The notes: generated by a model not told the origin, from the sequence alone. 64,000 nt of DNA from Phormidesmis sp. (GCA_965248535.1 CBDFJR010000002.1:1088001-1152000), one strand, 5' to 3'. Positions 1-11,113 are shown, counted from the stretch's first letter. Numbers and translations: made by a program.

Positions 1-373
1 TGTCACCCACTTTCTCGCGCACAATGCCTGTCCCCAAAATGGCCCCTAAAAAATCCCGGTGACTGGCGGGGTCAAAGAGAAAGTTTCCGGCAATATTCAG
101 CACCACGATCTCGACTTGCTCGATCGAGAGGGGCAACTCTGATCGGGCGATCGCCAGTCGCTGCCGCTCGGCTTGGGGGTAGCCACCCCAGGCTACCATC
201 TGCACATCGGTCAAGCGCTCAAACGATCGCTGAATCTCAGCAATTTCGGGCGGCGAATAAAAGTCAGTCATGACCACATTCCAGGTTTTGATCGCCTGCT
301 CTGCCTGGTCAATGACTCTGACGACACTCTCTCGATTTTCGACACCTTTTAACAGGTCTTCCTTTGGCAACAT
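1..373 (-). CDS. Photosystem II S4-domain protein (Sll1252/YlmH family), 3' part outside the window
   Basis: Manual minus-strand translation from ATG at 373: MLPKEDLLKGVENRE...WGGYPQAERQRLAI...GNFLFDPASHRDFLGAILGTGIVREKVGD. Confidence 0.85.
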   Translation of the reverse strand, partial: MLPKEDLLKGVENRESVVRVIDQAEQAIKTWNVVMTDFYSPPEIAEIQRSFERLTDVQMVAWGGYPQAERQRLAIARSELPLSIEQVEIVVLNIAGNFLFDPASHRDFLGAILGTGIVREKVGD

Positions 374-472
374 GAAAACTAATCGTTCTTAGAAACCTTC
401 ATTCTAGCGACTAACGGCAAATCACTCGCCCCCTGCTAATCTAAAACTGGGAAGCCCATGTCGAGAGTTTTT

Positions 473-988
473 ATGAATTATCTGGTGGCCGTGCTCAACG
501 ATCGCATTCAGGCAGAAGCCGCTTATTCGGCGCTAGAAACAGACGGATTGCCGATGGACAAGGTATCTATTTTGGGCAGAGGCTATAAAAGTGCTGATGA
601 ATATGGCTTGATTGACCCCAATGAGCAAGCCGGAAAACAAGCTAAGGGAATGGCCGTTTGGCTGGTGCCGTTTGGGTTTGCGGCGGGCTTATCGTTTAAC
701 TACATCACCAAGCTGGATACGTTCCCGTGGGCGGGTGAGATTGGCAATCAGCTAATTGGGGGGGTGCTGGGCGCGATCGGGGGCGCAATGGGCAGCTTTT
801 TTATTGGCGGCGGTGTGGGGCTGGTGGTCGGGGGTGGCGATGCGTTGCCCTACCGCAATCGCCTCAGCGCTGGCAAATATCTGGTGGTAGTCAAAGGGTC
901 AGATGCTCTGACTCGCAAAGCCACCAACATTTTGCGCCAATTTGAGCCAGAAAACCTGCAAGGCTATTTCGATGCCAGCGATGTTTAG
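473..988 (+). CDS. Conserved cyanobacterial membrane protein (general-stress-protein-like)
   Basis: ORF with YLVAVL..R.QAEAAYSALE, two hydrophobic Gly-rich segments and YRNRL.AGKYLVVV. Confidence 0.7.
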   Translation: MNYLVAVLNDRIQAEAAYSALETDGLPMDKVSILGRGYKSADEYGLIDPNEQAGKQAKGMAVWLVPFGFAAGLSFNYITKLDTFPWAGEIGNQLIGGVLGAIGGAMGSFFIGGGVGLVVGGGDALPYRNRLSAGKYLVVVKGSDALTRKATNILRQFEPENLQGYFDASDV

Positions 989-1107
989 AATCGGCTGGAA
1001 TCACAGGCTGCGGCGATGGGGAGACTGCGATGCAATGCCCCGACCAGAGCGGACTTTTCGGAGTGATTTAATCTACGTCCTGCCCATCTATCCTATCTAG
1101 AAGCGCG

Positions 1108-2121
1108 ATGAAAGCTTGGGAAGTTCATGCCAACCAAGGGCTAGAGGCATTGGTGCTGGTTGATCGATCAGAGCCTCAACTCAAAGCCGGACAGGTGCTG
1201 ATCAAGATGCGTGCTTGGTCACTCAACTATCGAGACTTGCTGACGGTCAAAGGAGCCTATGGCTCTCGACAAAAACTTCCGTTCATTCCCCTGTCGGATG
1301 GGGTGGGTGAGGTGGTCGCGATCGCCGCAGGTGTGACGCGGGTCAGCGTTGGCGATCGGGTTGCCGGAATTTTTATGCAAACCTGGCGATCGGGGGAGTT
1401 GTCGGCCGAAAAATCAAAATCAGCCCTGGGCGGCGCGATCGACGGGGTGCTAGCTGAATATGTGGCCCTGCACGAAAATGGCGTTGTCCACGTTCCTGCT
1501 TATCTAACCGATGAGGAGGCGGCAACGCTTCCCTGCGCGGCTGTCACAGCCTGGCACGCGCTGATCGTGTCGGGTCAGCTAAAGCCAGGTGACACGGTTT
1601 TAACCTTGGGCACTGGGGGAGCTTCTATCTTTGCCCTTCAGTTTGCCAAACTCGTCGGCGCACGGGTGATCATTACGTCTAGCAGTGACGAAAAATTAGC
1701 GCGATCGCGCCTGCTGGGTGCCTCTGACGGCATCAACTATCTCACCACTCCTGACTGGGATCAAGCTGTTTGGAACATTACCCATAAAGTTGGCGTTGAC
1801 CATGTGGTTGAAGTGGGCGGAGCGGGCACCTTAAATCGATCTTTACGCGCTGTCAGAATGGGAGGGCAAGTGAGTTTGTTTGGGGTGTTGTCTGGCTCAC
1901 AAGGCGATATTAGCACCGTGACTATTTTGCAAAAAAATATTCGACTCCAAGGGATCTATGTGGGCAGTCGCGATATGTTTGAAGCGATGAATCGAGCGAT
2001 CGCGCTTCATCAATTGAAACCTGTGGTCGATCGGGTCTTTTTGTTTACGGAAACCCGCGAAGCTCTGCGTTATTTAGAGAGTGGTGCTCACTTTGGCAAG
2101 GTTTGTTTAAAGCTTTCATAA
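1108..2121 (+). CDS. NAD(P)-dependent alcohol dehydrogenase / quinone oxidoreductase (MDR family)
   Basis: SLNYRD, PLSDGVGEV, LPCAAVTAW, GTGG nucleotide-binding loop, HFGKV C-terminus. Confidence 0.9.
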   Translation: MKAWEVHANQGLEALVLVDRSEPQLKAGQVLIKMRAWSLNYRDLLTVKGAYGSRQKLPFIPLSDGVGEVVAIAAGVTRVSVGDRVAGIFMQTWRSGELSAEKSKSALGGAIDGVLAEYVALHENGVVHVPAYLTDEEAATLPCAAVTAWHALIVSGQLKPGDTVLTLGTGGASIFALQFAKLVGARVIITSSSDEKLARSRLLGASDGINYLTTPDWDQAVWNITHKVGVDHVVEVGGAGTLNRSLRAVRMGGQVSLFGVLSGSQGDISTVTILQKNIRLQGIYVGSRDMFEAMNRAIALHQLKPVVDRVFLFTETREALRYLESGAHFGKVCLKLS

Positions 2122-2644
2122 AGATAGAGAGCAAATCTTTGGGTCAGGGTTTACGACTTTAATTAAGACGGATAAAGTCTTGATATAGAGAGTGTAATTG
2201 GTAGAATAATGCGCTAACTTACTAGAGACCGAGAGTTTGACCTGCCTTCAAAGACTCTCATAGGCCCTACCAACTTCTACCAATCTTTCACGTTTAAACA
2301 AAGCTTTTGCAAGCGCGAAAAGGGTGCATTGACTATAACTCTCAGGGTGTAAATGTTCTCTTGGTGGATACCCCGATCGACAAGCGTTTGTTGATCCCAA
2401 GGTTTTTACACTGATCGCCATCAAAGTAGTGTGAAGCTCCTTTGTACAGTCTTATGTAGCGTTGATATAGTTAACCCGCAGTGCATCGTTGATCGGGTAT
2501 AAGGCGCTACATTGTCGTCCTGTAGATGTTTTCTCTAATCTTTTGGTTTTCGTCGTGTTGAAAAATAGCCCTATCGCAATGACTTTAAGAGTGCAGTTTT
2601 TAAGCGCCCCCCGATCTGACCGCCGTCTTTCTGGTGTTTCTGTG

Positions 2645-3658
2645 ATGAGTGATCAAACTCGAAAATCGTCTCAAAGATCTGATCTTCAGTCCAAAATTGC
2701 GGTAGGAGTGCTGGCTGGCTGGCTGATGAGCAACGTCTCAGCCCAAGCGATCGCGGCAGATCTCTCGATCGGCAATGGTGGCATCAAATTCAATCGTGAC
2801 ACCACCCTTGAGCCAAGCTTTTTAGAGTCTCATGGAGCCTACCAGTCTACGTTTGGGGTGATTAACCGTGACACCAACGAAAAGACCCCCCTACTGGTAG
2901 AAGTTAAGCCTGCTGATAGCGTTACTCCGGTGGGTCGCCCCTCGACTCGATCGAACGATCGCAGCACCCGGTTAGATTTTCTTGGCACTCCTGGAAACGC
3001 CGTCCCGCAACCGATCTCAAAATTCAAGTTTCGGGCTAACAACAACTATGTTTTCTATTTAGAATCGACCCTCAACGGTCGCCCTTCGGGAATTGTCTAC
3101 TCCACCGACACCCTCAACCCCAACAAAGAACGGCAAGTTGTTTTTGCGGGTCAACCAGCCGACCTGTGCAACCCCGGCGGGATGATGTTGGCGTGGGACG
3201 ACACTGGCTCAAAGCTGGTCAGATCTCGCCAGCAGCAAGATCGCGATTTTGATGACTTCATTGTTCGACTTCGTGATAGTGCCTGTGCACCGGGAGCAAG
3301 TGAGCCTCCGGGTGTGATAGGCAGTGGCACCTCTGGCGGCTCACTCCCCGGTGGGGCTGGTGGAGGCACTCCGGGCGGAGGGGGCGGACTGATTGGTCTA
3401 GGGTTACTAGGGGGCGCGATCGCGCTTATAGCTTCTGGTGACCATCACCACGATTCCTCTAAATCGACCTCTCCACCAGGAACCCTTCCTCCGGTGACCT
3501 CTCCACCAGGGACAACCCCTCCGGTGAAGCCGCCTGGCGGTGCTCCTCCTCCTGGAGAGCCAATTCCCACTCCCTCAACGTTTTTGGGGTCTACGATGGC
3601 GCTGGGTTTCGTTGCGTTGATGAGACGACGACAAGGCAAACGCCCGCGGAAACAATAG
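2645..3658 (+). CDS. Secreted protein with DUF4114-like motif and PEP-CTERM-like (IPTP) sorting tail
   Basis: Signal-like N-terminus, WDD...DRDFDDFIV motif, Gly/Pro-rich linker, IPTPSTFLG + TM + RRRQ tail; start codon uncertain. Confidence 0.65.
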   Translation: MSDQTRKSSQRSDLQSKIAVGVLAGWLMSNVSAQAIAADLSIGNGGIKFNRDTTLEPSFLESHGAYQSTFGVINRDTNEKTPLLVEVKPADSVTPVGRPSTRSNDRSTRLDFLGTPGNAVPQPISKFKFRANNNYVFYLESTLNGRPSGIVYSTDTLNPNKERQVVFAGQPADLCNPGGMMLAWDDTGSKLVRSRQQQDRDFDDFIVRLRDSACAPGASEPPGVIGSGTSGGSLPGGAGGGTPGGGGGLIGLGLLGGAIALIASGDHHHDSSKSTSPPGTLPPVTSPPGTTPPVKPPGGAPPPGEPIPTPSTFLGSTMALGFVALMRRRQGKRPRKQ

Positions 3659-3669
3659 GCGCAGCAGGG

Positions 3670-4089
3670 GTGATCGGGGCGATCAGTCCCCTGCTGTTAG
3701 AGATTTTGTCCTATGAGCAGCAGCTTCAATTTACGATCGATTACCCGATCAACCCCAATGACCCCAGAGAGTTGTCAGAGATTCCAGAAGTGCGCTTGTG
3801 GTTTATTCGCTGTGATGCGCTCTATCCCTGGTTGCCTTTCTTAATCGACTGGAAGGCTGGAGAGTTGGGTCGCTATACGGCGATGCTCGTGCCCCATCAG
3901 TTTCACCCCAAAGAGGGCATTCAATACAACCCAGAAGCCCTAGAGATTTTTGTGATGAGCAAGACGTTTGTGCTGATGAATTGGCTCAGGCACCAAGGCA
4001 TTGAGAGCCGATCGCGCCTCAAATCTATGACCCAGATGTTGGGCTATGAGCTAGATGACGCATTTTTTGACCTGCTAATCGAGACTTAA
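3670..4089 (+). CDS. crr6: CRR6 family NDH-1 maturation factor (DUF1817)
   Basis: DPRELSEIPEVRLWFIRCDALYPWLP and RYTAMLVPHQF..EGIQYNPEALEIF motifs. Confidence 0.85.
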   Translation: MIGAISPLLLEILSYEQQLQFTIDYPINPNDPRELSEIPEVRLWFIRCDALYPWLPFLIDWKAGELGRYTAMLVPHQFHPKEGIQYNPEALEIFVMSKTFVLMNWLRHQGIESRSRLKSMTQMLGYELDDAFFDLLIET

Positions 4090-4215
4090 TATTGGCGTGG
4101 GGAGTTTTAGAAGGCCTTCTCTAGGCTGAGTTTTAACGACTCTGGCGACGTGACGCTGAGGATTAGGCAGTGCTGGCAGGTTTCCTCATCATCGACCAAT
4201 CAACTCCGAGCTTCC

Positions 4216-6156
4216 TCACCGAGTGGTTTGCATCAGATTGAAAGCTGTATCCAGCAACGGCAACGCCCGCTCTGGCTTTTGGTTGCGGATAAAGTATTGG
4301 GCGATGTCGGTGAGTGCAGTGGCTTGAATCTCAGGTTGCTGAATTGATCGAGACATCTCAAGCGCCTTGTTAAGGCTTCTCGCATTAAGATATCCGTTGA
4401 CAACTTCTAGCCTTGCCCGTTCTTTCACTCTCAAATCACGAATAGTAGGTACGATCTCCAGAGATTTTGCAGGATTACCCACCTGAGCGTAAGCGGTTAC
4501 AACTCTGTAGAGCGCTGCGGATTGTAAATCAGTATCCCAAGATTTATCAGGAGGGGCTTCAGAGGCTTGATTCGCGAGGCTATGAATACGATCGATCAAC
4601 TGTTCAGCGCCGTTTAAATCTTTTAGTTCGCGATAGATCTCTACCGTCTCCAACATGACTCGCAATGAGTCCTCCTGAGCGTACTGGTTGCGATCGAGCT
4701 TCTCAGGAAACAGAGCAACCGCCTTGTTGAGAAACGCTAGGGCTTGGGTGCGGTTCCGCCTGCCTTGATAGAACTTTGATAACTGCATCAGTGCCCACTG
4801 TTTATCATTAGGGTCTTGAATCTGCTGGACAAGTTGAATCGCCTGCTGGTCTTTGTCGATCGATAGGTAGCTGGTTAAAACTGCTCCCATCGCTCCTTTA
4901 CTCCCTTCTCGCATCACTCGGCTATATAGCTCTGCGGAGCGTTTTTGGTTGCCCTGACGAGCATAAAGATTGGCGATGCCCAACAGCAACGCCTGCTGAT
5001 TGCTATCTCCATTTGCGAGTTGGTTTGTGAGCTTGAGCGCCTGGGTTAGATTACTAGCTCCTGCCTGATAGCTGGCAATCTCCGCGATCGCCTGGGACTG
5101 AATGCCCGCCACATTTGCAGCATATCGTGACGTGATTTTTGGGACTAGCTGAAGCGACTGAGCAAATACCTGATCCGATTTGGCTTTTTGTCCAGCTTTT
5201 TGATATCCCATCGCGACAGCAGCCAGGTATCTCACTCGATCGTCCACATCCTCAAACTTATTTGCCAATAACTCAACCCGCTTCAATGCTTGATTACGAA
5301 TCTGACGACCTTCATAACTACAAGGATCAGAACAGGTTGCAGCAATTTTGAGCAGCGCGCTGATTTGATGAGTGGACGGCTTAAGATCTTCACTGTCTCG
5401 GAGAATATCGGAGCCTTGCAAACGTTGCGCCACCTCAAAGGCATTCTGGTACTGTTGCTTCGCTAGGTAATAGCCGATTAAACTCTGGTAATTTTCATCA
5501 AGCCACCTATCGTTTCTCCTCACAAGCTGTTTGGTTGCCAGCCATCGGTCTTGCAGGGTGTTGAATTGGTCAATCATCTTCAACGCCTCGCGCAGGCGAT
5601 TTTGTTTGAGATAGGCATTGACTAGACTCTTAAACGCATCTGCCGAAAAAGAGATGTCGGTATGAGCCATTTTCGTGATGACTAGGCTTGCGGCTTCATC
5701 GACTCGATTTTGCTCCAGCAGACTTTGCACAATCCGATAGTAAGTGCTGTCTAACAAAAAGCTCTTATATTTCTGTGGAAAGGATTGAGCAATCAAGGCT
5801 TCTGCGGCTTGAGGGTTATCTTGCCAATTTGATGTTCCTGCAATCTTCGACAACAGCCGATCTTGGGCATATTGATCGAGTTTTGCTAGAGCTATCTCAA
5901 ACTTCTCCAGTTGATTAACCTGGTAGTATCCATAGGCGATGCCAACAAATGGGGAGTCTATGGATTCTATGCTCGTGAAAATGCCTCGCGCTCCAATAGC
6001 ATCTTTAGGCAGGTCAATTTGTGCCAGTTGATCCGGTGCGATAGGATAGCGTGACTGAATAAGGTCAGCCGTAGCGGCTAGCGATGTCTGATAAAACAGG
6101 GCAATATTAGGAAGACTGGCAAGCAGGACTCCGAGAAGCAGGCGACGCAACAGCAT
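4216..6156 (-). CDS. Secreted tetratricopeptide-repeat-like helical protein
   Basis: Signal peptide MLLRRLLLGVLLASL; repeated AL..IA..Y...G...KA helical units. Confidence 0.7.
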   Translation of the reverse strand: MLLRRLLLGVLLASLPNIALFYQTSLAATADLIQSRYPIAPDQLAQIDLPKDAIGARGIFTSIESIDSPFVGIAYGYYQVNQLEKFEIALAKLDQYAQDRLLSKIAGTSNWQDNPQAAEALIAQSFPQKYKSFLLDSTYYRIVQSLLEQNRVDEAASLVITKMAHTDISFSADAFKSLVNAYLKQNRLREALKMIDQFNTLQDRWLATKQLVRRNDRWLDENYQSLIGYYLAKQQYQNAFEVAQRLQGSDILRDSEDLKPSTHQISALLKIAATCSDPCSYEGRQIRNQALKRVELLANKFEDVDDRVRYLAAVAMGYQKAGQKAKSDQVFAQSLQLVPKITSRYAANVAGIQSQAIAEIASYQAGASNLTQALKLTNQLANGDSNQQALLLGIANLYARQGNQKRSAELYSRVMREGSKGAMGAVLTSYLSIDKDQQAIQLVQQIQDPNDKQWALMQLSKFYQGRRNRTQALAFLNKAVALFPEKLDRNQYAQEDSLRVMLETVEIYRELKDLNGAEQLIDRIHSLANQASEAPPDKSWDTDLQSAALYRVVTAYAQVGNPAKSLEIVPTIRDLRVKERARLEVVNGYLNARSLNKALEMSRSIQQPEIQATALTDIAQYFIRNQKPERALPLLDTAFNLMQTTR

Positions 6157-6245
6157 AATAATGGGAAATTGAGCCGAGATAGAGAGCGGTTGAAAATACG
6201 GGTGAAACAGTGCCAAACTCTAGAGCTAAGACAATCCTCTTCCTT

Positions 6246-6737
6246 CTAGCGATAGTTGTTAAACTGCAACGCCATGGGATAGTCTTCTTGCCTTAGTCGC
6301 TGCATGACAGCTTGCAGGTCGTCCTTATCCTTGGCAGACACGCGCACCGCGTCGCCCTGAATCGAGCCTTGCACCTTTTTAAACTCGTCTCGAATCAGCT
6401 TTGTGATCTGCTTGGCGACTTCTTGGCTGATGCCTTTTTTGAGCTTGATTTCTTGCCGAACTCGATTGCCGCTGGCTGACTCGACTTTGCCATAGTCAAA
6501 AATCTTTAGCGACAAATTACGCTTGGCAGATTTGATCTGCAAAATCGTCTGAATGGCATCTAGAGTAAATTCGCTGTCGGTGCTGACGACGATCGCATCT
6601 TCACCCAACTCCAGCGTCGTTTTAGTGTCTTTGAGATCATAGCGAGCGATGATTTCGCGATTGGTTTGGTCAACCGCGTTGACGAGTTCTTGGCGATCGA
6701 AGTCACTAACCACATCAAAAGAAAAATTAGAAGCCAT
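6246..6737 (-). CDS. yajQ: YajQ family cyclic-di-GMP/nucleotide-binding protein
   Basis: [19 protein letters not shown]...[17 protein letters not shown]...LQFNNYR. Confidence 0.95.
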   Translation of the reverse strand: MASNFSFDVVSDFDRQELVNAVDQTNREIIARYDLKDTKTTLELGEDAIVVSTDSEFTLDAIQTILQIKSAKRNLSLKIFDYGKVESASGNRVRQEIKLKKGISQEVAKQITKLIRDEFKKVQGSIQGDAVRVSAKDKDDLQAVMQRLRQEDYPMALQFNNYR

Positions 6738-6773
6738 AGGAAAATAAGGGACAGGGGACAGGGCAACAAACCA

Positions 6774-7205
6774 CTATCCTTTAATGGTGCTGGCAATGCT
6801 CGCGGCAATCAAGGTAAAAATGCACGTTGAGCCAAGGGCAAACATTAAAGAACGGACAATAGGCACGTTAAAGATGTAGGCGACTGAGTAGATCAGGCGA
6901 ATGGGGAGATAAGCAACGGCTGCCCAAGTGACCGACTCAGAGGTTTGACCCGTCACATAAGCCATCAGCGCCGCGACGCTAAACAGCATAAACGACTCCC
7001 ACGAGTTTTGATGGGCCCAGGTTGCCCGTTGACCAAAGGCTGGCAGTTTATCAAACGCAGCGCGGGGGGCTGCCATCATTTCTTGGTTATAGCCGATCGT
7101 GACGCGGGCATAGCCCACCACCACAAAAGGCAGATAGACCAAAACGGCAGCGATCGCGATCGCCCCTAACAAGATCGTCGGGGTAGACAGTCCAAACACG
7201 CTCAT
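6774..7205 (-). CDS. MAPEG family membrane protein
   Basis: RATWAHQNSWESF motif; about 4 TM segments. Confidence 0.85.
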   Translation of the reverse strand: MSVFGLSTPTILLGAIAIAAVLVYLPFVVVGYARVTIGYNQEMMAAPRAAFDKLPAFGQRATWAHQNSWESFMLFSVAALMAYVTGQTSESVTWAAVAYLPIRLIYSVAYIFNVPIVRSLMFALGSTCIFTLIAASIASTIKG

Positions 7206-7215
7206 GTCTAATGTC

Positions 7216-7719
7216 CTAATCGAAATAAAATAAGGTCACAATTTTGCGCTGATCTTCTGCATCTTGGCAAGTTTGCAGCAGCGTTCGGCTGTCGTGAAAC
7301 GCAAAACCGATCAACTGCTGACATCGAGAAATGATTTCCTGGTTGCACAGAGCACTGGCTTCGGCAAGAGAAAGGGTGTTGTTCTCAGGGTTTTCGACCA
7401 GGTGCATAACGTTTTCAAGCTGCTCGCGAGATTCGCGAGGCTGGCGATCCATCGTTTGGGGCAAAATCACCGTCAGCAGGCTAGGATCGGCCCGCAGCGC
7501 ACCCCTAATTGCAGCAAAATTGGTTCCGGTAGAGCCGGAGGTTATCAGACGATTTCCTTCTAAAACCAGGGCGTAGCTCATCATCTCAATCAGGTTTTGA
7601 TGAGTGATGGGCACGTGCCGAGAACCCAGCAGGGCGATTCGCTTAGAACCTGTCTGCTGAATGGTGGCTAGCTCTTGTAAAAAATCATCGACTTTGGGTA
7701 GATCGATCGACTGGCTCAA
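7216..7719 (-). CDS. DprA/Smf-like (SLOG fold) conserved cyanobacterial protein
   Basis: IALLGSRH, LITSGSTGTNFAAIRGA, CNQEIISRCQQLIGFAFHDS. Confidence 0.75.
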   Translation of the reverse strand: MSQSIDLPKVDDFLQELATIQQTGSKRIALLGSRHVPITHQNLIEMMSYALVLEGNRLITSGSTGTNFAAIRGALRADPSLLTVILPQTMDRQPRESREQLENVMHLVENPENNTLSLAEASALCNQEIISRCQQLIGFAFHDSRTLLQTCQDAEDQRKIVTLFYFD

Positions 7720-7818
7720 AGACGTATTTAGGGTAACAACGCCGCTATTTTATCAGACACGCTCGTCATCCGAACGTTTTGCCTGTGCGTTGATCGATCC
7801 AAAAGCCGCAAATCCAGA

Positions 7819-8460
7819 TTATTTGGGCTGAATCAAATAGCCGCAGCGATGTTCGCCTTTGACGAGCCAGTGAGTGCGATCGACGCGACAATCTGGCAGC
7901 GCTAGCTCAAACATCTCCAACTCGTGACCGCAAACGCTGGGAAACGACTCGGCGATTTGAGAAATGGCACAGTTATATTCCGTCAGCACAAATTTAGGAT
8001 CGGCATCGAGGTCAATAGTGTGGCATTCTGCCATATAGCCTTCCGATCGCCGCAATTCTACGAGTTTATTGACCCGATCGGGCAAGTCACTCGCCCCTAA
8101 ATTCTCTCGATATTCGATGCCCTTGCGCTCCCACTGTTTGCGGAGAATCAAACTCACCTGATCGCGCCCGACCGTTTCTGCCAGCGTATCGAGGAGCGAA
8201 ACCGCAAACTCATTGTAGCGATCGGGAAACTGCGATCGCCCCTCTCGACTCAGCGTGTAAACATGGTTGGGGCGACCCATGCCCGTCTGCATCGCCTGAT
8301 GCAAGATTAACCCTTCTGTCTCTAGATCTTTGAGGTGACGGCGAATGCCCTGCGGACTCACCTGCAACTGTTCCGCCAAGTCTTGGGCGGTCGATTGACC
8401 CTGCTTTAAAAGGTGATGCAAGATATCTTGTTTTGTCGAGGGCTGTTGAGTCGGGGTCAT
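7819..8460 (-). CDS. sufR: Fe-S cluster biosynthesis transcriptional regulator SufR
   Basis: N-terminal wHTH (IRRHLKDLE), EYNCAI...SVCGHELE...HRCGY cysteines; divergent from the suf operon. Confidence 0.95.
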   Translation of the reverse strand: MTPTQQPSTKQDILHHLLKQGQSTAQDLAEQLQVSPQGIRRHLKDLETEGLILHQAMQTGMGRPNHVYTLSREGRSQFPDRYNEFAVSLLDTLAETVGRDQVSLILRKQWERKGIEYRENLGASDLPDRVNKLVELRRSEGYMAECHTIDLDADPKFVLTEYNCAISQIAESFPSVCGHELEMFELALPDCRVDRTHWLVKGEHRCGYLIQPK

Positions 8461-8501
8461 CTTAAAGCTCACAGAAATCTAAGACAAAAACTTGACTTAA
8501 A

Positions 8502-8556
8502 CAACGTTATTGTTGCTAAAGTACCCTAGAATGGAAGTTGAGCAACAAAGATGTTG
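8502..8556. promoter_or_regulatory. Two SufR operators, CAAC-N6-GTTG
   Basis: CAACgttattGTTG at 8502-8515 and CAACaaagatGTTG at 8543-8556 in the sufR/ftrC divergent region; matches the known cyanobacterial SufR site. Confidence 0.85.
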
Positions 8557-8597
8557 TTTTAATTATAAGATCTATCGGATGTAGTGTCGTTCTGGTT

Positions 8598-8960
8598 ATG
8601 AATACAGAAACCCCAACCACCCAAGCATCAGATAAAAGCCTCGAAGCGATGAGGCACTTTTCGGAAACCTATGCCAAGCGCACAGGCACTTACTTCTGCG
8701 TCGATCCCGGCGTGACGGCTGTGGTGATCGAAGGGCTTGCCAAGCATAAAGATGACTTGGGCGCGCCCCTTTGCCCCTGTCGTCACTATGAAGACAAAGA
8801 AGCCGAAGTCTCAGCCGCTTATTGGAATTGCCCCTGTGTGCCCATGCGTGAGCGCAAAGAGTGCCACTGTATGCTGTTTCTGACCCCAGACAACGATTTT
8901 GCAGGCGAGATGCAAACCATCACCTTTGACGAAATTCGGACAACGACCAATCACGGCTAA
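8598..8960 (+). CDS. ftrC: Ferredoxin-thioredoxin reductase catalytic subunit
   Basis: LCPCRH, WNCPCVPMRERKECHCMLF. Confidence 0.95.
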   Translation: MNTETPTTQASDKSLEAMRHFSETYAKRTGTYFCVDPGVTAVVIEGLAKHKDDLGAPLCPCRHYEDKEAEVSAAYWNCPCVPMRERKECHCMLFLTPDNDFAGEMQTITFDEIRTTTNHG

Positions 8961-9053
8961 TCGGAGTCAGGAGTCAAGCTATAAGCACTTTTGACTCCTG
9001 ACCTTTAATTCCCAAACCGCTTCCTCACCCTTTGAGAAAAGAGAACACGATCG

Positions 9054-10490
9054 ATGAGTGCAACTGTTCAAAATCTGGTTAACCAACCTTACAAATACGG
9101 GTTCGTCACGGATATCGAATCCGACACCATTCCTCGTGGGTTGAGCGAAGAGATGGTGCGGCTCATTTCTGCCAAAAAAGAAGAGCCGGAATTTATGCTG
9201 GAGTTTCGGCTCAAGGCCTATCGGCAATGGCTCAAAATGACCGAGCCAGAATGGGCCCACGTCGGATATCCAGCGATCGACTATCAAGACATCATTTATT
9301 ACTCTGCGCCTAAGTTCAAAGAAAAGAAAAAGAGCCTAGATGAAGTCGATCCAGAGATGCTGGAAGCCTTTGAAAAGCTGGGCATTTCTCTATCTGAGCA
9401 AAAGCGTCTTAGCAATGTGGCAGTCGATGCAATTTTTGATAGCGTCTCAGTCGCGACGACTTTTAAAGAGAAGCTCGCTAAAGATGGCGTGATCTTCTGC
9501 TCGATTTCTGAAGCCGTGCGGGAATATCCTGAATTGGTCAAGAAATATTTAGGTAGCGTCGTTCCCGTTGGCGATAATTACTTTGCAGCGTTAAATTCTG
9601 CTGTGTTTAGTGATGGCTCGTTTGTGTTCATTCCCAAAGGCGTGAAATGCCCGATGGAGTTGTCTACTTACTTCCGCATCAACAATGGCGACTCCGGTCA
9701 GTTTGAACGGACGCTGATTATTGCAGAAGAAGGCAGTCAGGTCAGCTATCTCGAAGGCTGCACGGCTCCGATGTTTGACACCAATCAGCTTCACGCAGCA
9801 GTGGTGGAATTAGTCGCTTTAGATAATGCCGACATCAAATATTCCACGGTGCAAAACTGGTATGCGGGCGATGCCAATGGCAAAGGCGGCATCTACAATT
9901 TCGTCACCAAGCGCGGCTTGTGTCAGGGCGTGAACTCCAAGATTTCTTGGACGCAAGTTGAGACAGGTTCTGCCATCACCTGGAAATATCCAAGCTGTGT
10001 ATTAGTCGGCGATAACTCCGTCGGTGAGTTTTACTCAGTGGCGTTGACCAATCACCACCAGCAAGCCGACACCGGAACCAAGATGATTCACGTTGGCAAA
10101 AACACCCGCAGCACGATTATCTCAAAAGGGATCTCGGCGGGTCAGTCACACAATAGCTATCGCGGTTTGGTGAAAATTGGGCCCAAAGCTACGGGCGCAC
10201 GTAACTATTCTCAGTGTGACTCAATGCTGATCGGCGATCGGGCCCAAGCAAATACGTTCCCCTACATCCAGGTGCAAAACAACCAGGGCAAAGTCGAGCA
10301 TGAAGCGTCTACTTCCAAGATTGGGGAAGACCAGTTGTTCTATTTTAGTCAGCGCGGCATCTCGCCTGAAGACGCGATCTCAATGATGATTAGCGGCTTT
10401 TGCAAAGACGTGTTTAACCAACTGCCAATGGAGTTTGCGGTAGAAGCCGATCGGCTCCTCAGCCTCAAGCTTGAAGGCAGCGTTGGATAG
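9054..10490 (+). CDS. sufB: Fe-S cluster assembly protein SufB
   Basis: [41 protein letters not shown] end. Confidence 0.97.
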   Translation: MSATVQNLVNQPYKYGFVTDIESDTIPRGLSEEMVRLISAKKEEPEFMLEFRLKAYRQWLKMTEPEWAHVGYPAIDYQDIIYYSAPKFKEKKKSLDEVDPEMLEAFEKLGISLSEQKRLSNVAVDAIFDSVSVATTFKEKLAKDGVIFCSISEAVREYPELVKKYLGSVVPVGDNYFAALNSAVFSDGSFVFIPKGVKCPMELSTYFRINNGDSGQFERTLIIAEEGSQVSYLEGCTAPMFDTNQLHAAVVELVALDNADIKYSTVQNWYAGDANGKGGIYNFVTKRGLCQGVNSKISWTQVETGSAITWKYPSCVLVGDNSVGEFYSVALTNHHQQADTGTKMIHVGKNTRSTIISKGISAGQSHNSYRGLVKIGPKATGARNYSQCDSMLIGDRAQANTFPYIQVQNNQGKVEHEASTSKIGEDQLFYFSQRGISPEDAISMMISGFCKDVFNQLPMEFAVEADRLLSLKLEGSVG

Positions 10491-10495
10491 GAAGA

Positions 10496-11113
10496 ATGGC
10501 ACAAACTCTGCAAGCAAAAGATGTCACCCTGCGTGACTTGATGGACAACTTTAAGCTGCAACTCGTTAGAGATGAGCAGTTCTTTTTAGAGTGGCAAGAA
10601 GACCTACCGAGTCTTACCCAATTCGAGAAAGACTCTTTAGACAGAGTGAGAGAAGGCTACTTCAATCTCATTACTGATCCGCCTCTAATCGAGAAAACGA
10701 TTCAGCTTGCCGTGTTAAGTCCACTCTTTTTTCTTGCGGGGTTTTATCTTCCTCCCTTCCAAATCAAGGCAGAAAAATCAATTGAAATCACTGCCGAAGA
10801 TGAAGGAACCATCATTCGAGGACAGATTGATATTCTGTTGATCAAAGAGCAATTTTGGGTGATGGCGATTGAGTCAAAGAGAGCATCGTTCTCGATCGAA
10901 GCCGGACTCGCTCAACTGCTGTCTTATATGTTGGCAAATCCGCACCCTGATCGACCTGGCTTTGGCATGATCGCATCAGGAAGTGATTATATTTTTGTCA
11001 AATTGGTCAGAGGCGAGACAGCCAAATATTCAACATCAGAACAGTTCGCGATGCGCAATCGCAACGACTTGTACGAGGTGTTTAAGATTCTGAAACGAAT
11101 CAGTCAACTGTAG
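10496..11113 (+). CDS. Type I restriction HsdR-N-like / PD-(D/E)XK nuclease-domain protein
   Basis: GQIDILL...AIESKR...QLLSYM nuclease-type motif; common stand-alone cyanobacterial family. Confidence 0.7.
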   Translation: MAQTLQAKDVTLRDLMDNFKLQLVRDEQFFLEWQEDLPSLTQFEKDSLDRVREGYFNLITDPPLIEKTIQLAVLSPLFFLAGFYLPPFQIKAEKSIEITAEDEGTIIRGQIDILLIKEQFWVMAIESKRASFSIEAGLAQLLSYMLANPHPDRPGFGMIASGSDYIFVKLVRGETAKYSTSEQFAMRNRNDLYEVFKILKRISQL

